From contig DAHVLZ010000004.1 in NCBI GenBank assembly GCA_027320085.1, positions 1 to 37,811 of the forward strand: a stretch of 37,811 nt of DNA. The letters run 5' to 3'. The notes below the pieces were generated by a model, which had not been told where the DNA came from, made no database searches, and worked only from the letters and a program-made list of their open reading frames with translations. Numbering within the stretch: the stretch's first letter is position 1; each line of letters starts with the position of its first letter. Positions 28,276 to 36,517 of the stretch are shown one piece after another. The DNA comes from Pseudomonadota bacterium (GTDB lineage: Bacteria > Pseudomonadota > Gammaproteobacteria > JAKAQQ01). The translations under genes and the position numbers were made by a program.

Positions 28276-29841
28276 ATGCCCCCGAAAAATGCCCGCAGGT
28301 TCCTCCCGGTTTTGATCCTCGCGGTTTTTGGCCCGGGCATCCCGGTGACTTGGGCCGCCCCTCCGCCGCCGCCACCTCCCCTGTCGCCGCCCCTTCACGC
28401 CCGGAGTGTCGCAACCCGGCACGCCGTGACGGTCGATGGGCGGAAGATCCGCTATACGGCGACCGCGGGCTTCCTCGTCCTCCGCAACCCGGCCGGTCAG
28501 CCCACGGCCCGCATGTTCTACATCGCCTACCGGAAAGACGGGGTCCGTGATGAATCCCGCCGACCGATCACCTTTGCCTACAACGGGGGGCCGGGCGGGG
28601 CCTCGGTCCTGGTCGATTTCGGGGGCTTCGGTCCCCGCCGGATCGTCTGGCCGCATCCGGGATCCGTCCACGGCACGCGACCGCCCTACCGGATTGTGCC
28701 CAACCCCGATACGCTCCTCGGGGCCACGGACCTCGTCTTCGTGGATGCGGTGGGTACCGGACTGAGCCGCATCCTCCATCCGGCGGGATCGCCCCGGATG
28801 TTCTACGGCATCAACGCCGATGCCCGCGCCTTCCGTGGGTTCATCGCCGAATACCTGACCCGGGCCCGGCGCTGGAATTCGCCCAAGTTCCTGCTCGGTG
28901 AAAGTTATGGCACGACCCGCTCGGCCGTGCTCGCGGACGACCTCGCCCGCCACGGCATTGACCTTAATGGCGTGATCATGTGCTCGACGGTGCTCGACTT
29001 CCCGACTGTGGCCTTCGCACCGGGAAACGATCTTCCCTACATCTTCTATCTTCCCTCCTATGCGGCGGTGGCCTGGTATCACCACCGCCTCCACCCCGAA
29101 CCGAAAAACCTCATGGCCTGGGTGCACGAGGTCGAGCACTTTGCCGAAGGTCCCTACGCCGAAGCCCTCTTCCAGGGTTCCACGCTGCCGCCGGCCCGGC
29201 TCGACCAGCTGGCCACTGTCCTGGCCCGCGATACGGGGCTGCCCGCCCACCTGTGGCGCCAGGCGGATCTCCGCATCTCCCTGCCCGTCTTCCAGAAGCG
29301 CCTGCTCGGCCGGGTCAAGCGGACGGTCGGCCGCTTCGACGGCCGCTTCAGCATGCCGGAACTCGAGCCCCTGCTCCCGATCCCGGGGACGACCAGTGCC
29401 GGAGCTGCCACGAGCGCGATCATGGGCGCGCTTACGGCGAGCTTCAACAACTACCTGGAAACCAGGCTCGATTACGTGAGTCACCTCCACTATCGCCAGC
29501 TCGACTTCAAGGTCAATGCAGCCTGGCGCTGGACCTACACGCCGCCCGTCGAGTCACTCACGGGAGGAGGCCAGTTCTACACCAATGTGGCCCCGGCCCT
29601 GGCACGGGCCATGCTCAATGATCCGGGACTCCGGGTGCTCTTCAACAACGGCTACTTCGACATGGCGACCCCGTTCTTCGCGACGCTCTACACGGTCCAC
29701 CACATGGGGCTTCCCCCGGCCGTGTTGCGGCGGATCGAGTTCCGCTATTACCCCTCCGGTCACATGCTGTACCTCAATCCGAAGGCACTGCCACTTCTCC
29801 AGGCACACATCGGGCACTTCATCGAGCGGGCCTCGCGCTAG
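28276..29841 (+). CDS. Secreted S10-family serine carboxypeptidase
   Basis: Signal peptide; YNGGPG, DLVFVDAVGTGLS, GESYG nucleophile motif, GYFDMATP and GHM. Confidence 0.92.
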   Translation: MPPKNARRFLPVLILAVFGPGIPVTWAAPPPPPPPLSPPLHARSVATRHAVTVDGRKIRYTATAGFLVLRNPAGQPTARMFYIAYRKDGVRDESRRPITFAYNGGPGGASVLVDFGGFGPRRIVWPHPGSVHGTRPPYRIVPNPDTLLGATDLVFVDAVGTGLSRILHPAGSPRMFYGINADARAFRGFIAEYLTRARRWNSPKFLLGESYGTTRSAVLADDLARHGIDLNGVIMCSTVLDFPTVAFAPGNDLPYIFYLPSYAAVAWYHHRLHPEPKNLMAWVHEVEHFAEGPYAEALFQGSTLPPARLDQLATVLARDTGLPAHLWRQADLRISLPVFQKRLLGRVKRTVGRFDGRFSMPELEPLLPIPGTTSAGAATSAIMGALTASFNNYLETRLDYVSHLHYRQLDFKVNAAWRWTYTPPVESLTGGGQFYTNVAPALARAMLNDPGLRVLFNNGYFDMATPFFATLYTVHHMGLPPAVLRRIEFRYYPSGHMLYLNPKALPLLQAHIGHFIERASR

Positions 29842-30009
29842 GAATCGGGGGACGGGCTCGCCGAGGGTCCTTCCGGGACCCCCAGGCGGGAGTGCGTTGC
29901 ACTGGCGTGGGAGATGGGAGGGGAGTCAACCGGGATCCCGGGGCGGAGAATCCGGTTCCGGATTTGTGATCTTAATGCAAAGAAGAGGGAGAGGGAGTTG
30001 AGTCAGGAA

Positions 30010-30861
30010 ATGGCCAGAATCCAATCATCCGGGGAATCGACCGGGGCCGGGCCGCTTGTGCGTCCGGGGGTGCTTCTCGCGGTCTTTCTCCTCTTGGGCG
30101 GCTGTGCGACCTCCGGCGCTTGGCGGGTTCCCAAACTTCCCAAGGGAGAAACCCTGACCGTGCTCTCCCTCCTGCCGGAGGCGGCTTCGGTGGTGAGCGA
30201 CACCAGCACATTTGCGCCGGACCGTGTGCGGCTCTTTCCCACCGGCGCATGGCACATCAATGCACTGAATGAACGATGGGCGATCCGGGTTTTGCGTCAT
30301 CAAGGCCAGTTCCGGGCCATCAACCGTCCCCAGCGAAAGATCCGTCGGCGTTTCGGCCCCGCCCAGCCGGGAAATCATCTCCACTTCAGCAAACCGGGCC
30401 TCACGGCCCGGCAACTGGTGGGTTCGGCCGGTACGGACCTTGTGCTCGTCATCGGCCCCGCGCTTGGTGTGGAGGAGGGAACCACGACAGCGGGTCCGCT
30501 CATGTTGTTTGGGGCATTGGGAGGGGCGGTTGCCGGTGGATTGATCCACTTCCTCGGGCCTGGCTATGGCGTCTTTCAGCGGGTCCTTCTTGATGGTACG
30601 CGAATGGGAACCTACTTCGTGGCACTTCGGATGTGGCTTCTGGATGGCCGAACCGGCAAGGTCATTGCCTCGATGGATTGCAAGCTATACAGTACGCGCT
30701 TTATCGATCGAAAAACAAAAACAAGACCAAAGGCCCAGTCGCCCTGGATCTCTCAGAAGGGTCCGGTTTCGAGAAAGAACTGGTCCTCTGTCCATGCGAG
30801 CGTCAGAGTGTTCATGAAGAGAACGGAAGCCTTGTGCCTCAGTAAACTGAAGCTGGGCTGA
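30010..30861 (+). CDS. Hypothetical lipoprotein
   Basis: Lipobox LLGGC after a hydrophobic stretch; internal glycine-zipper-like segment FGALGGAVAGG. Confidence 0.65.
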   Translation: MARIQSSGESTGAGPLVRPGVLLAVFLLLGGCATSGAWRVPKLPKGETLTVLSLLPEAASVVSDTSTFAPDRVRLFPTGAWHINALNERWAIRVLRHQGQFRAINRPQRKIRRRFGPAQPGNHLHFSKPGLTARQLVGSAGTDLVLVIGPALGVEEGTTTAGPLMLFGALGGAVAGGLIHFLGPGYGVFQRVLLDGTRMGTYFVALRMWLLDGRTGKVIASMDCKLYSTRFIDRKTKTRPKAQSPWISQKGPVSRKNWSSVHASVRVFMKRTEALCLSKLKLG

Positions 30862-30999
30862 CGCGGGGTCCTGGGTCGGTGGCCGCGCGCGGGTCCCGCA
30901 GCCCGATCTCCAGTCCGGACTGCAGGGTTCTGCCCGGTTCGGCCGGCGAGTCGGGGGCAGTCCGGGAGAGCGGCCGACTTTGCGATTCCTTCCAGATTC

Positions 31000-33321
31000 T
31001 CAGAGCGGAACCGACCGCAGGCGTAGTGCATTCATGACCACCGAGACCGACGACAGGCTCATGGCCAGGGCCGCGATCATGGGGGAAAGCACGAGGCCCA
31101 GGACCGGGTAGAGGAGGCCGGCCGCGAGGGGAACGCCGATGCCGTTGTAGAGAAAGGCATAGGCGAGATTGCCACGGATGTTCCGGCGGGTGGCGCGCGA
31201 GAGACGGATGGCGCGCCCGATCGCCCCGAGATCCCCACCCATGAGGGTCACCGGGGCGCTCTCGATGGCAATGTCGGTGCCGGTCCCGAGCGCCAGGCCG
31301 ACATCTGCGGCCGCCAGTGCCGGAGCATCGTTGATGCCGTCGCCCGCCATGGCCACACGCCGTCCCTGAGCTTTGAGGCGCCCGACGAGATCGGCCTTGT
31401 CCGCAGGTGAGAGACCGGAGACGACTGGGTCGATCTCGAGTCTCCCGGCCACCGATCGGGCTGTGGTTTCGGCATCCCCCGTCGCCATCACGATCCGGAG
31501 ACCGAGCCGGCGGAGGGAGGCCAAGGCGGGTTGGGCCTCGGGCCGAATGGGATCCTCCACGGCGAGAAGGGCAGCCGGCTTTCGGTCCACGGCAAGCAGG
31601 AGGACGGTGGCTCCCCGCAAACGCTCCCGCTCCGCCGGGGCTTCCAGGACCCTGGGATCCACGCCCTCCTGCCGCAGGAGCTTCTCATTGCCGAGTGCGA
31701 GTGCCTGTCCGTCGATCCGGCCAGTCACCCCGAGCCCGGGCCAGGCGCGGAATTCACTGACCCGCGGCCGCTCCACTCCCGGGGGGAGCGCGGAGGTCAG
31801 GGCACGTGCCAAGGGGTGCTCGCTTCCGGCTTCGAGCCCGGCGGCGAGCGCCCGGATCGTGGTTTCATGAAATCCCGGCTGGATTTCGAGATGGGTGAGC
31901 CGGGGATGTCCCTCGGTGAGCGTGCCGGTCTTGTCCATCACGATCGTGTCGACCTTTCCGAGATCCTCGATGGCGGCGGCATCCCGGAACAAAATCCCCA
32001 GGTGGGCACCCCGTCCGGAGGCCACCCGGATGGAGAGCGGCGTGGCGAGCCCCAAGGCGCAGGGACAGGCGATGATCAGGACGGACACCGCGGCGATCAG
32101 TCCGTGAGCGGCCGCCGGGGCGGGTCCCCATACCGTCCAGGCGATCAAGGAGAGCGCGGCAGTTGCCACCACGGCCGGCACGAAAACGGCGGCCACCCGG
32201 TCAGCCATGCGCTGGGCGGGCGCGCGTGTGCGCTGTGCTTCGGCCACGCGCGCGACGATGCGGCTCAGGGTGGTGTCAGAACCGACCTTTCCGGCGCGGA
32301 TCACCAGTGTACCTTCCTGGTTGACGGTGCCCGCGCTGACCCACTCCCCCACGCCCCGTGGGACGGGGGTGGGTTCCCCCGTGAGCATCGATTCGTCGAG
32401 ATGGGTGCAGCCCTCGAGGATGGTGCCGTCCACCGCGACCTTCTCGCCCGGCCGGACGCGCAGCCGGTCACCCACCTGGATCCGCTCGGGGACGACATCC
32501 TCTTCGTGACCCCCATCGTCGATCCGTCTGGCCCGGGGCGGAGCGAGCGCAATCAGGGAACGGATGGCCGATGCCGTGCGGCCCCGGGCAGCGAGCTCGA
32601 GGAGATCCCCCATCGTGACCAGGGTCACGATCACGGCCGCCGACTCGAAGTAGGTCGCGACCTGTCCCTGGGCACCCCGAAAACTGGGCGGGAAAAGCCC
32701 GGGGGCGAGGAATGCGACCAGGCTGTAGGCCCAGGTGATGCCGGATCCGAGACCGATCAGGGTATACATGTTGGGGCTCCGGCAGACGAGTCCCTCGTAG
32801 CCGCGCCTGAAAAAGCCCGCCCCACCCCAGAGCACGACCAGGCTCGCGAGGGTGGCTTCAAGGAGCTCCAGCGGGAAAAGAAATCCCGTGGGCCAGGAAA
32901 AGCCGGTCTCGGGAGCCATGGCGATGACCAGAACGGGCAGGGTGAGGGATGCGAGGGTCCAGAAGCGCCGGGTCAAGGCCTTGATCTCCACCTCCCCATC
33001 CGGTCCTGCCGTGGGCAGCAAGGGCTCGAGCGCCATGCCGCAGAGCGGGCAGGATCCCGGTCCCGGGGTCCTGACTTCGGGATGCATGGGACAGGTGTGG
33101 GGCGTGCCGGCCGGGACCGGCACGGCGGTCTCGGGGCGCTTTTCGGGCCGGATGAAGGAATCCGGAGCCTGTGCGAACTTCGATCGGCATCCCTCGCAGC
33201 AGAAGAAGTAACGATGTCCCTGGTGGGTCCATTCGGGGGGGTGGTCCGCGATTTCGACCCGCATGCCGCAGACGGGATCTCTGGCCTCTCCCGGATCCGG
33301 GGTGGTTTGCCTCGGGTTCAT
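31000..33321 (-). CDS. copA: Cu(I)-translocating P1B-type ATPase with YHS and heavy-metal-binding N-terminal domains
   Basis: DPVCGM..FCC..C (YHS), CPMHP..CPLCGM, TGE, CPC, DKTGT, HP, GDGIND, plus the P1B-1 signatures YN and MxxSS. Confidence 0.93.
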   Translation of the reverse strand: MNPRQTTPDPGEARDPVCGMRVEIADHPPEWTHQGHRYFFCCEGCRSKFAQAPDSFIRPEKRPETAVPVPAGTPHTCPMHPEVRTPGPGSCPLCGMALEPLLPTAGPDGEVEIKALTRRFWTLASLTLPVLVIAMAPETGFSWPTGFLFPLELLEATLASLVVLWGGAGFFRRGYEGLVCRSPNMYTLIGLGSGITWAYSLVAFLAPGLFPPSFRGAQGQVATYFESAAVIVTLVTMGDLLELAARGRTASAIRSLIALAPPRARRIDDGGHEEDVVPERIQVGDRLRVRPGEKVAVDGTILEGCTHLDESMLTGEPTPVPRGVGEWVSAGTVNQEGTLVIRAGKVGSDTTLSRIVARVAEAQRTRAPAQRMADRVAAVFVPAVVATAALSLIAWTVWGPAPAAAHGLIAAVSVLIIACPCALGLATPLSIRVASGRGAHLGILFRDAAAIEDLGKVDTIVMDKTGTLTEGHPRLTHLEIQPGFHETTIRALAAGLEAGSEHPLARALTSALPPGVERPRVSEFRAWPGLGVTGRIDGQALALGNEKLLRQEGVDPRVLEAPAERERLRGATVLLLAVDRKPAALLAVEDPIRPEAQPALASLRRLGLRIVMATGDAETTARSVAGRLEIDPVVSGLSPADKADLVGRLKAQGRRVAMAGDGINDAPALAAADVGLALGTGTDIAIESAPVTLMGGDLGAIGRAIRLSRATRRNIRGNLAYAFLYNGIGVPLAAGLLYPVLGLVLSPMIAALAMSLSSVSVVMNALRLRSVPL

Positions 33322-33728
33322 TCCCGGCGATCCTCCTCGCGGTTCAAGGCTGAGAGGATCGGACAGGAAGCGGTTGGCCCTTCTCCGGGGCAGCGGTCGA
33401 CGAGCATCGCGAGCGACTGCCGGATCCGGGTGAGCTTGAGGAGACGGTGGTCCAGGTCCGCAAGCTTGCGGCCCGCCGCGGCCCGGACCGCCCGCACCTT
33501 CTCCCTGCCATCGGGAGCCAGCAGTTCCTCGATCTCGGACAGGCTGAAGCCCAGGGCCTTGGCCTGGTGGATGAAACGCAAGCGGTGGAGGGCCTCGGCC
33601 CCGTAACTGCGGTAACCGGAGGGACGGCGTGCGGGGGGGGGAAGGAGTCCCGCGCGCTCGTAGTAGCGGATGGTGTCGATCGCAAGACCGCTCTGGCGGG
33701 CGACTTCACCGATCTTGAGGTCGGGCAT
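33318..33728 (-). CDS. cueR: MerR-family metal-responsive regulator (CueR-like)
   Basis: IGEVA...TIRYYE..GLL, YRSY and GFSLSEI motifs; C-terminal CPGEGPTASCPI metal loop; no Cys at the start of the dimerisation helix; stop overlaps the copA start. Confidence 0.8.
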   Translation of the reverse strand: MPDLKIGEVARQSGLAIDTIRYYERAGLLPPPARRPSGYRSYGAEALHRLRFIHQAKALGFSLSEIEELLAPDGREKVRAVRAAAGRKLADLDHRLLKLTRIRQSLAMLVDRCPGEGPTASCPILSALNREEDRRE

Positions 33729-33756
33729 GGCGGCATCCGGTGCGGGGGTGCAATGC

Positions 33757-33788
33757 AGTTTAAACCCTGGAGTAGGCTCCAGAGTCAA
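33757..33788 (-). promoter_or_regulatory. MerR-type promoter/operator with a long spacer
   Basis: Minus strand TTGACT (33788-83), 20-nt spacer, TAAACT (33762-57); overlapping dyad ACTCTGGAG-CCTA-CTCCAGGGT (33785-33764). Confidence 0.85.
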
Positions 33789-33862
33789 GGGGGCGGAGGG
33801 GTTTCGGAAAGCCGCGCTCCGGCTCCCCGGACCGGGATCGCCCGGGTTTCCGGTTCATTGAC

Positions 33863-34116
33863 GAAGATGGGTGGCTGAACCGCTTGCGGCTCGATCGGCT
33901 GCGCCAGCATTCCTCGAAATCGGGTCCGAGGGATGCCGGTTTCGACTACCGCAAGGCGTTCAAGCGCCTCGACTTCACCGCCTGAAGCCGGATCTCACCA
34001 CGCGGATGACCGATTCGCGGGACTGGTAGCCTCTTGTTCATCCGCATGGTGTGGCATGCTGCTGGAACCGACCGCTTGCTCCGACGGCCGGCCTAGGGCG
34101 GGGGGTTTTCCAGCGT
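33863..34116 (+). pseudogene. katG: Catalase-peroxidase N-terminal fragment (pseudogene)
   Basis: Reads [19 protein letters not shown]...[14 protein letters not shown], frameshift, [16 protein letters not shown], short deletion, then LFIRMVWHAAGT.R..DGR. This matches KatG WWPN.L.L..LRQH, MTDSQDWWP and IRMAWH.AGTYR..DGR. Confidence 0.85.
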
Positions 34117-34330
34117 GAAACCCTCTGTTCGAATCCCCGGGGTTGCACGCGCCACCATTCACGGATGCCGGGGGGCTGGTAGACGAGGCGGTTGGGCCGG
34201 GAGGTTTCGGGCAGAAGCCGGGCAGGCCGGAGATGGCCGGGGCGTCCCCAGTCCACGAGGCTGAGGCGGAGACGGGTTTGTCAGGCGCGGAAGCGGGCGG
34301 TCATGGGAGTGAAGCAGCCGTCCCAGACGG
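34115..34330 (-). pseudogene. Decayed CDS fragment, possibly a transposase C-terminus (unidentified)
   Basis: One frame reads VWDGCFTPMTARFRA*QTRLRLSLVDWGRPGHLRPARLLPETSRPNRLVYQPPG with an internal TGA; it lies between the katG and IS1595 relics. Confidence 0.3.
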
Positions 34331-34881
34331 ATCCCCGGGATCCACGGCCGAGTCCGACGATCCACCCGGGACGTGGGGTGGCTGACCGTATGATGCTGGC
34401 CCTACCGATTGAGCGAGCGGTAGCCACGAAAAGCATCCGTGTAGTACACCGAGCCTTTCCGGGCATGGGCACAGATGTGGCGCCTCAGCCCTTCGGCGCT
34501 CACAGGCTCGACAACCTTGGTGTACACCTGTCCTGCCCGTTCCAAAAGGCCGAAAACGACGCTTTTCCCGGCCGCCCCCCGACCTCGCTGGCCCTTGCGG
34601 TGGCCTCCCCAATAAGCCTCATCGAGTTCGATCTCACCCCGGAGTCGACCGGCCTCCAGTTCACTGAGATGGAAGACGGCCTCCCGCAGACGCTGATAGA
34701 GACGGCTGACCACCTTGAGGTCGACGCCCAGATCCTGGGCCCGACGGGCGGTGCGGACCACCTTGAACGACCCACAGTACACGCACTTACGACCCCTCAA
34801 AAAGTTGGCCGCACAGCCAAAAAGGCTCGTTTTCCCTTGCACCACCGTATGTGACCTCATGACGATGGTTACAAAACACCC
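34330..34881 (-). mobile_element. IS1595-family (ISXO2-like) transposase pseudogene with probable left end
   Basis: CVYC zinc-ribbon start, GEIELDEAYWGG.RKG.RGRGAAGK..VFGLLER and VYYTD motifs; in-frame TAG at 34402-04 followed by GQHHTVSH..WIPGI (decayed H.NGIE). Putative end GGGTGTTTTGTAACC just upstream of ATG 34860. Confidence 0.85.
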
Positions 34882-35079
34882 TGAATACCTTTGTCTTTTG
34901 GAGATTGGGGGGCCGTCCAAAACCGCTGGAAAGAAGCCCCGCCGGCCCATCCGTTGGAAAATCGGGGGTTTCAGATCCCACGGAAGTTTCTCAGGATCCG
35001 AAAACGGAATCGGATGCGGTCTCCGGGCTCGCCGGCTCAATGACCCGCCCCGTTTGATGGCCGGCCAGCCCCCGTGGGT

Positions 35080-35108
35080 TTGACCCTTGGGGTCCGGTTC
35101 CCGATAAT
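35080..35108 (+). promoter_or_regulatory. Sigma70 promoter of tRNA-Arg
   Basis: TTGACC (35080-85), 17-nt spacer, GATAAT (35103-08), 9 nt before the tRNA. Confidence 0.75.
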
Positions 35109-35117
35109 AGCGGGCAC

Positions 35118-35194
35118 GCGCCCGTAGCTCAGTTGGATAGAGTACCTGGCTACGAACCAGGGGGTCGGGAGTTCGAATCTCTCCGGGCGCGCCA
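35118..35194 (+). tRNA. tRNA-Arg (anticodon ACG)
   Basis: 77 nt; acceptor stem GCGCCCG/CGGGCGC; D arm AGCTCAGTTGGATAGAG; anticodon arm CCTGG-CTACGAA-CCAGG; T loop TTCGAAT; encoded CCA. Confidence 0.98.
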
Positions 35195-35478
35195 TTCAAT
35201 CAAGAAGTGGTCGCGGAAGAACCGGCTGAACGAGTGGACCACGACAATATCGAGGGCGCGGGTTTGGACGTGTCCGCCTCGATCATCCGCTGGAACTCGG
35301 GCCGGCGGTCGTTGGTGGCGGAGGCGCCCACTTCGATGAAGGTGTCGACCAACTCGTAGCCGCGTGATGCGCAATAGGCTTCGCCCTGTCGCTTCTGGTC
35401 GGGGATGGAGACATCATGCCCGGCCTGCCGCGCCGTCGAGACGCGCAGATAGAGGGCGGCGCGCAGCAGCACAGTCAT
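35150..35478 (-). pseudogene. Large serine recombinase/integrase remnant, frameshifted and mostly deleted
   Basis: AALYLRVST (catalytic Ser), SIPDQ and SATNDRRPEFQRM; a one-base frameshift near 35255 continues as DIVVVHSFSRFFRDHF and then runs antisense into the tRNA 3' end (WRARRDSNSRPPGS*). Confidence 0.85.
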
Positions 35479-35499
35479 GGCGTCTATCTCCCTCTCACC

Positions 35500-35559
35500 T
35501 CATCGGCACGGTCCGAACAGCTCATCGAAGAGATCGCCGGGCCACGCCTCGAACACGTC
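35500..35559 (-). pseudogene. 3' remnant of a small acidic ORF upstream of the serine integrase
   Basis: DVFEAWPGDLFDELFGPCR* resembles the short conserved protein (..DVFEAWFGDLFDELF..) I recall preceding this integrase type; no start is visible. Confidence 0.5.
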
Positions 35560-35668
35560 CCCTGAAAGAATAGCGCTTATTCTGCGCCAGAAGCCTCCGG
35601 CGCAGTGGCGAAAAAATATTTGCGCGCGGCAGCGCGGAGCAGAAATGGCGTAGGGGCGAAAGCGGTTG

Positions 35669-36175
35669 TCATGGCGACAACAGGCTCAACGCCGTCGTGA
35701 CCGGCAGATAGAGGGTGCGCGGCCGCTGGATCAAAGGGGTAAATCCAAAGGCGGCATAGAAGGCCGCCGCACTGTCGTCGATGGCGTCGGCGAAGATGGC
35801 GTGCGCCCCGATGGGCGCTGTCGCCACCGTCTTGATGGTGTCGAACAGCAAGGCTTCTCCAAGCCCTTGCCCGGCATAGTCGCTATGCCGACCAAGCCAG
35901 CCGATCAGCACGGCGAGGACAGTCGGATAGCGCGGCAGCTTCTTCGCCAGCGGCTCGGGAACCTCGTTCAAGGGCACGTTGCTGGATGACAGGGTGTGGA
36001 AGCCCGCCACCCGATCCGTCGCGATCTCCCTGGCGACTGAACAGGTGGCGTATTTGCGCTTCACGTCCTGCGAGACGGTCTCGCGGAAGTAGGCGTCGAT
36101 CCGGTCGTTGCCGCAGGTGAAGTCCGCCCGCTTGTGCGCCTTCGCCAGCGGCTCGATAGCGAAGCGGACACTCAC
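35669..36175 (-). CDS. GNAT-family acetyltransferase toxin (AtaT/TacT-like)
   Basis: FTCG, KKLPRYP, GQGLG (AcCoA loop) and FY..FGF motifs; GTGA overlap with the antitoxin gene. Confidence 0.9.
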   Translation of the reverse strand: MSVRFAIEPLAKAHKRADFTCGNDRIDAYFRETVSQDVKRKYATCSVAREIATDRVAGFHTLSSSNVPLNEVPEPLAKKLPRYPTVLAVLIGWLGRHSDYAGQGLGEALLFDTIKTVATAPIGAHAIFADAIDDSAAAFYAAFGFTPLIQRPRTLYLPVTTALSLLSP

Positions 36176-36462
36176 CGGGGCTCGATCAACTCGGTATGGC
36201 GCTTCGCCGCGCGGGCCAGCCGCGCGTTCAGCTTAGGTGGATTGATCAGCGCCTCGGCGAAGCGGATTTGATCCTCGCGCGCAAGGCGCATGATCTCGGC
36301 GTCCTCGACGACGCGCCGGGCGTCCTCGCCGGCGGTGGCGATGAGATAGTCGGTCAAGGTCAGGCCGCGCAGGCGCGCGGCGCGCTGCATCTGGTCATAG
36401 ACCTGGACCGGGATGCGCGCTTCCAATCGGGCGGTTTCGGCTTCAACTTGAGGCTTGGGCAT
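36172..36462 (-). CDS. DUF1778 ribbon-helix-helix antitoxin (AtaR/TacA-like)
   Basis: ARLEARI......RAA.L.G..LTDY and F.EAL.NPP..N.RL..A patterns; AAGGAGG RBS. Confidence 0.9.
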   Translation of the reverse strand: MPKPQVEAETARLEARIPVQVYDQMQRAARLRGLTLTDYLIATAGEDARRVVEDAEIMRLAREDQIRFAEALINPPKLNARLARAAKRHTELIEPR

Positions 36463-36480
36463 AGGAGCCTCCTTCGCTTC

Positions 36481-36504
36481 ATTATATACGGCAAATTGCC
36501 GTAT
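36481..36504 (-). promoter_or_regulatory. Toxin-antitoxin promoter -10 box and operator palindrome
   Basis: TATAAT on the minus strand (36486-81) abutting a perfect inverted repeat ATACGGCAA-A-TTGCCGTAT (36486-36504). Confidence 0.8.
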
Positions 36505-36517
36505 CATTCAAGGTGCT

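Noticed and set aside
34120-34160. GTTCGAATC...GCCACCA as a tRNA fragment or att duplicate of tRNA-Arg
   Set aside because: No T-stem pairing, and the match to the tRNA 3' end is limited to a 9-mer plus a short unaligned CGCGCCA.
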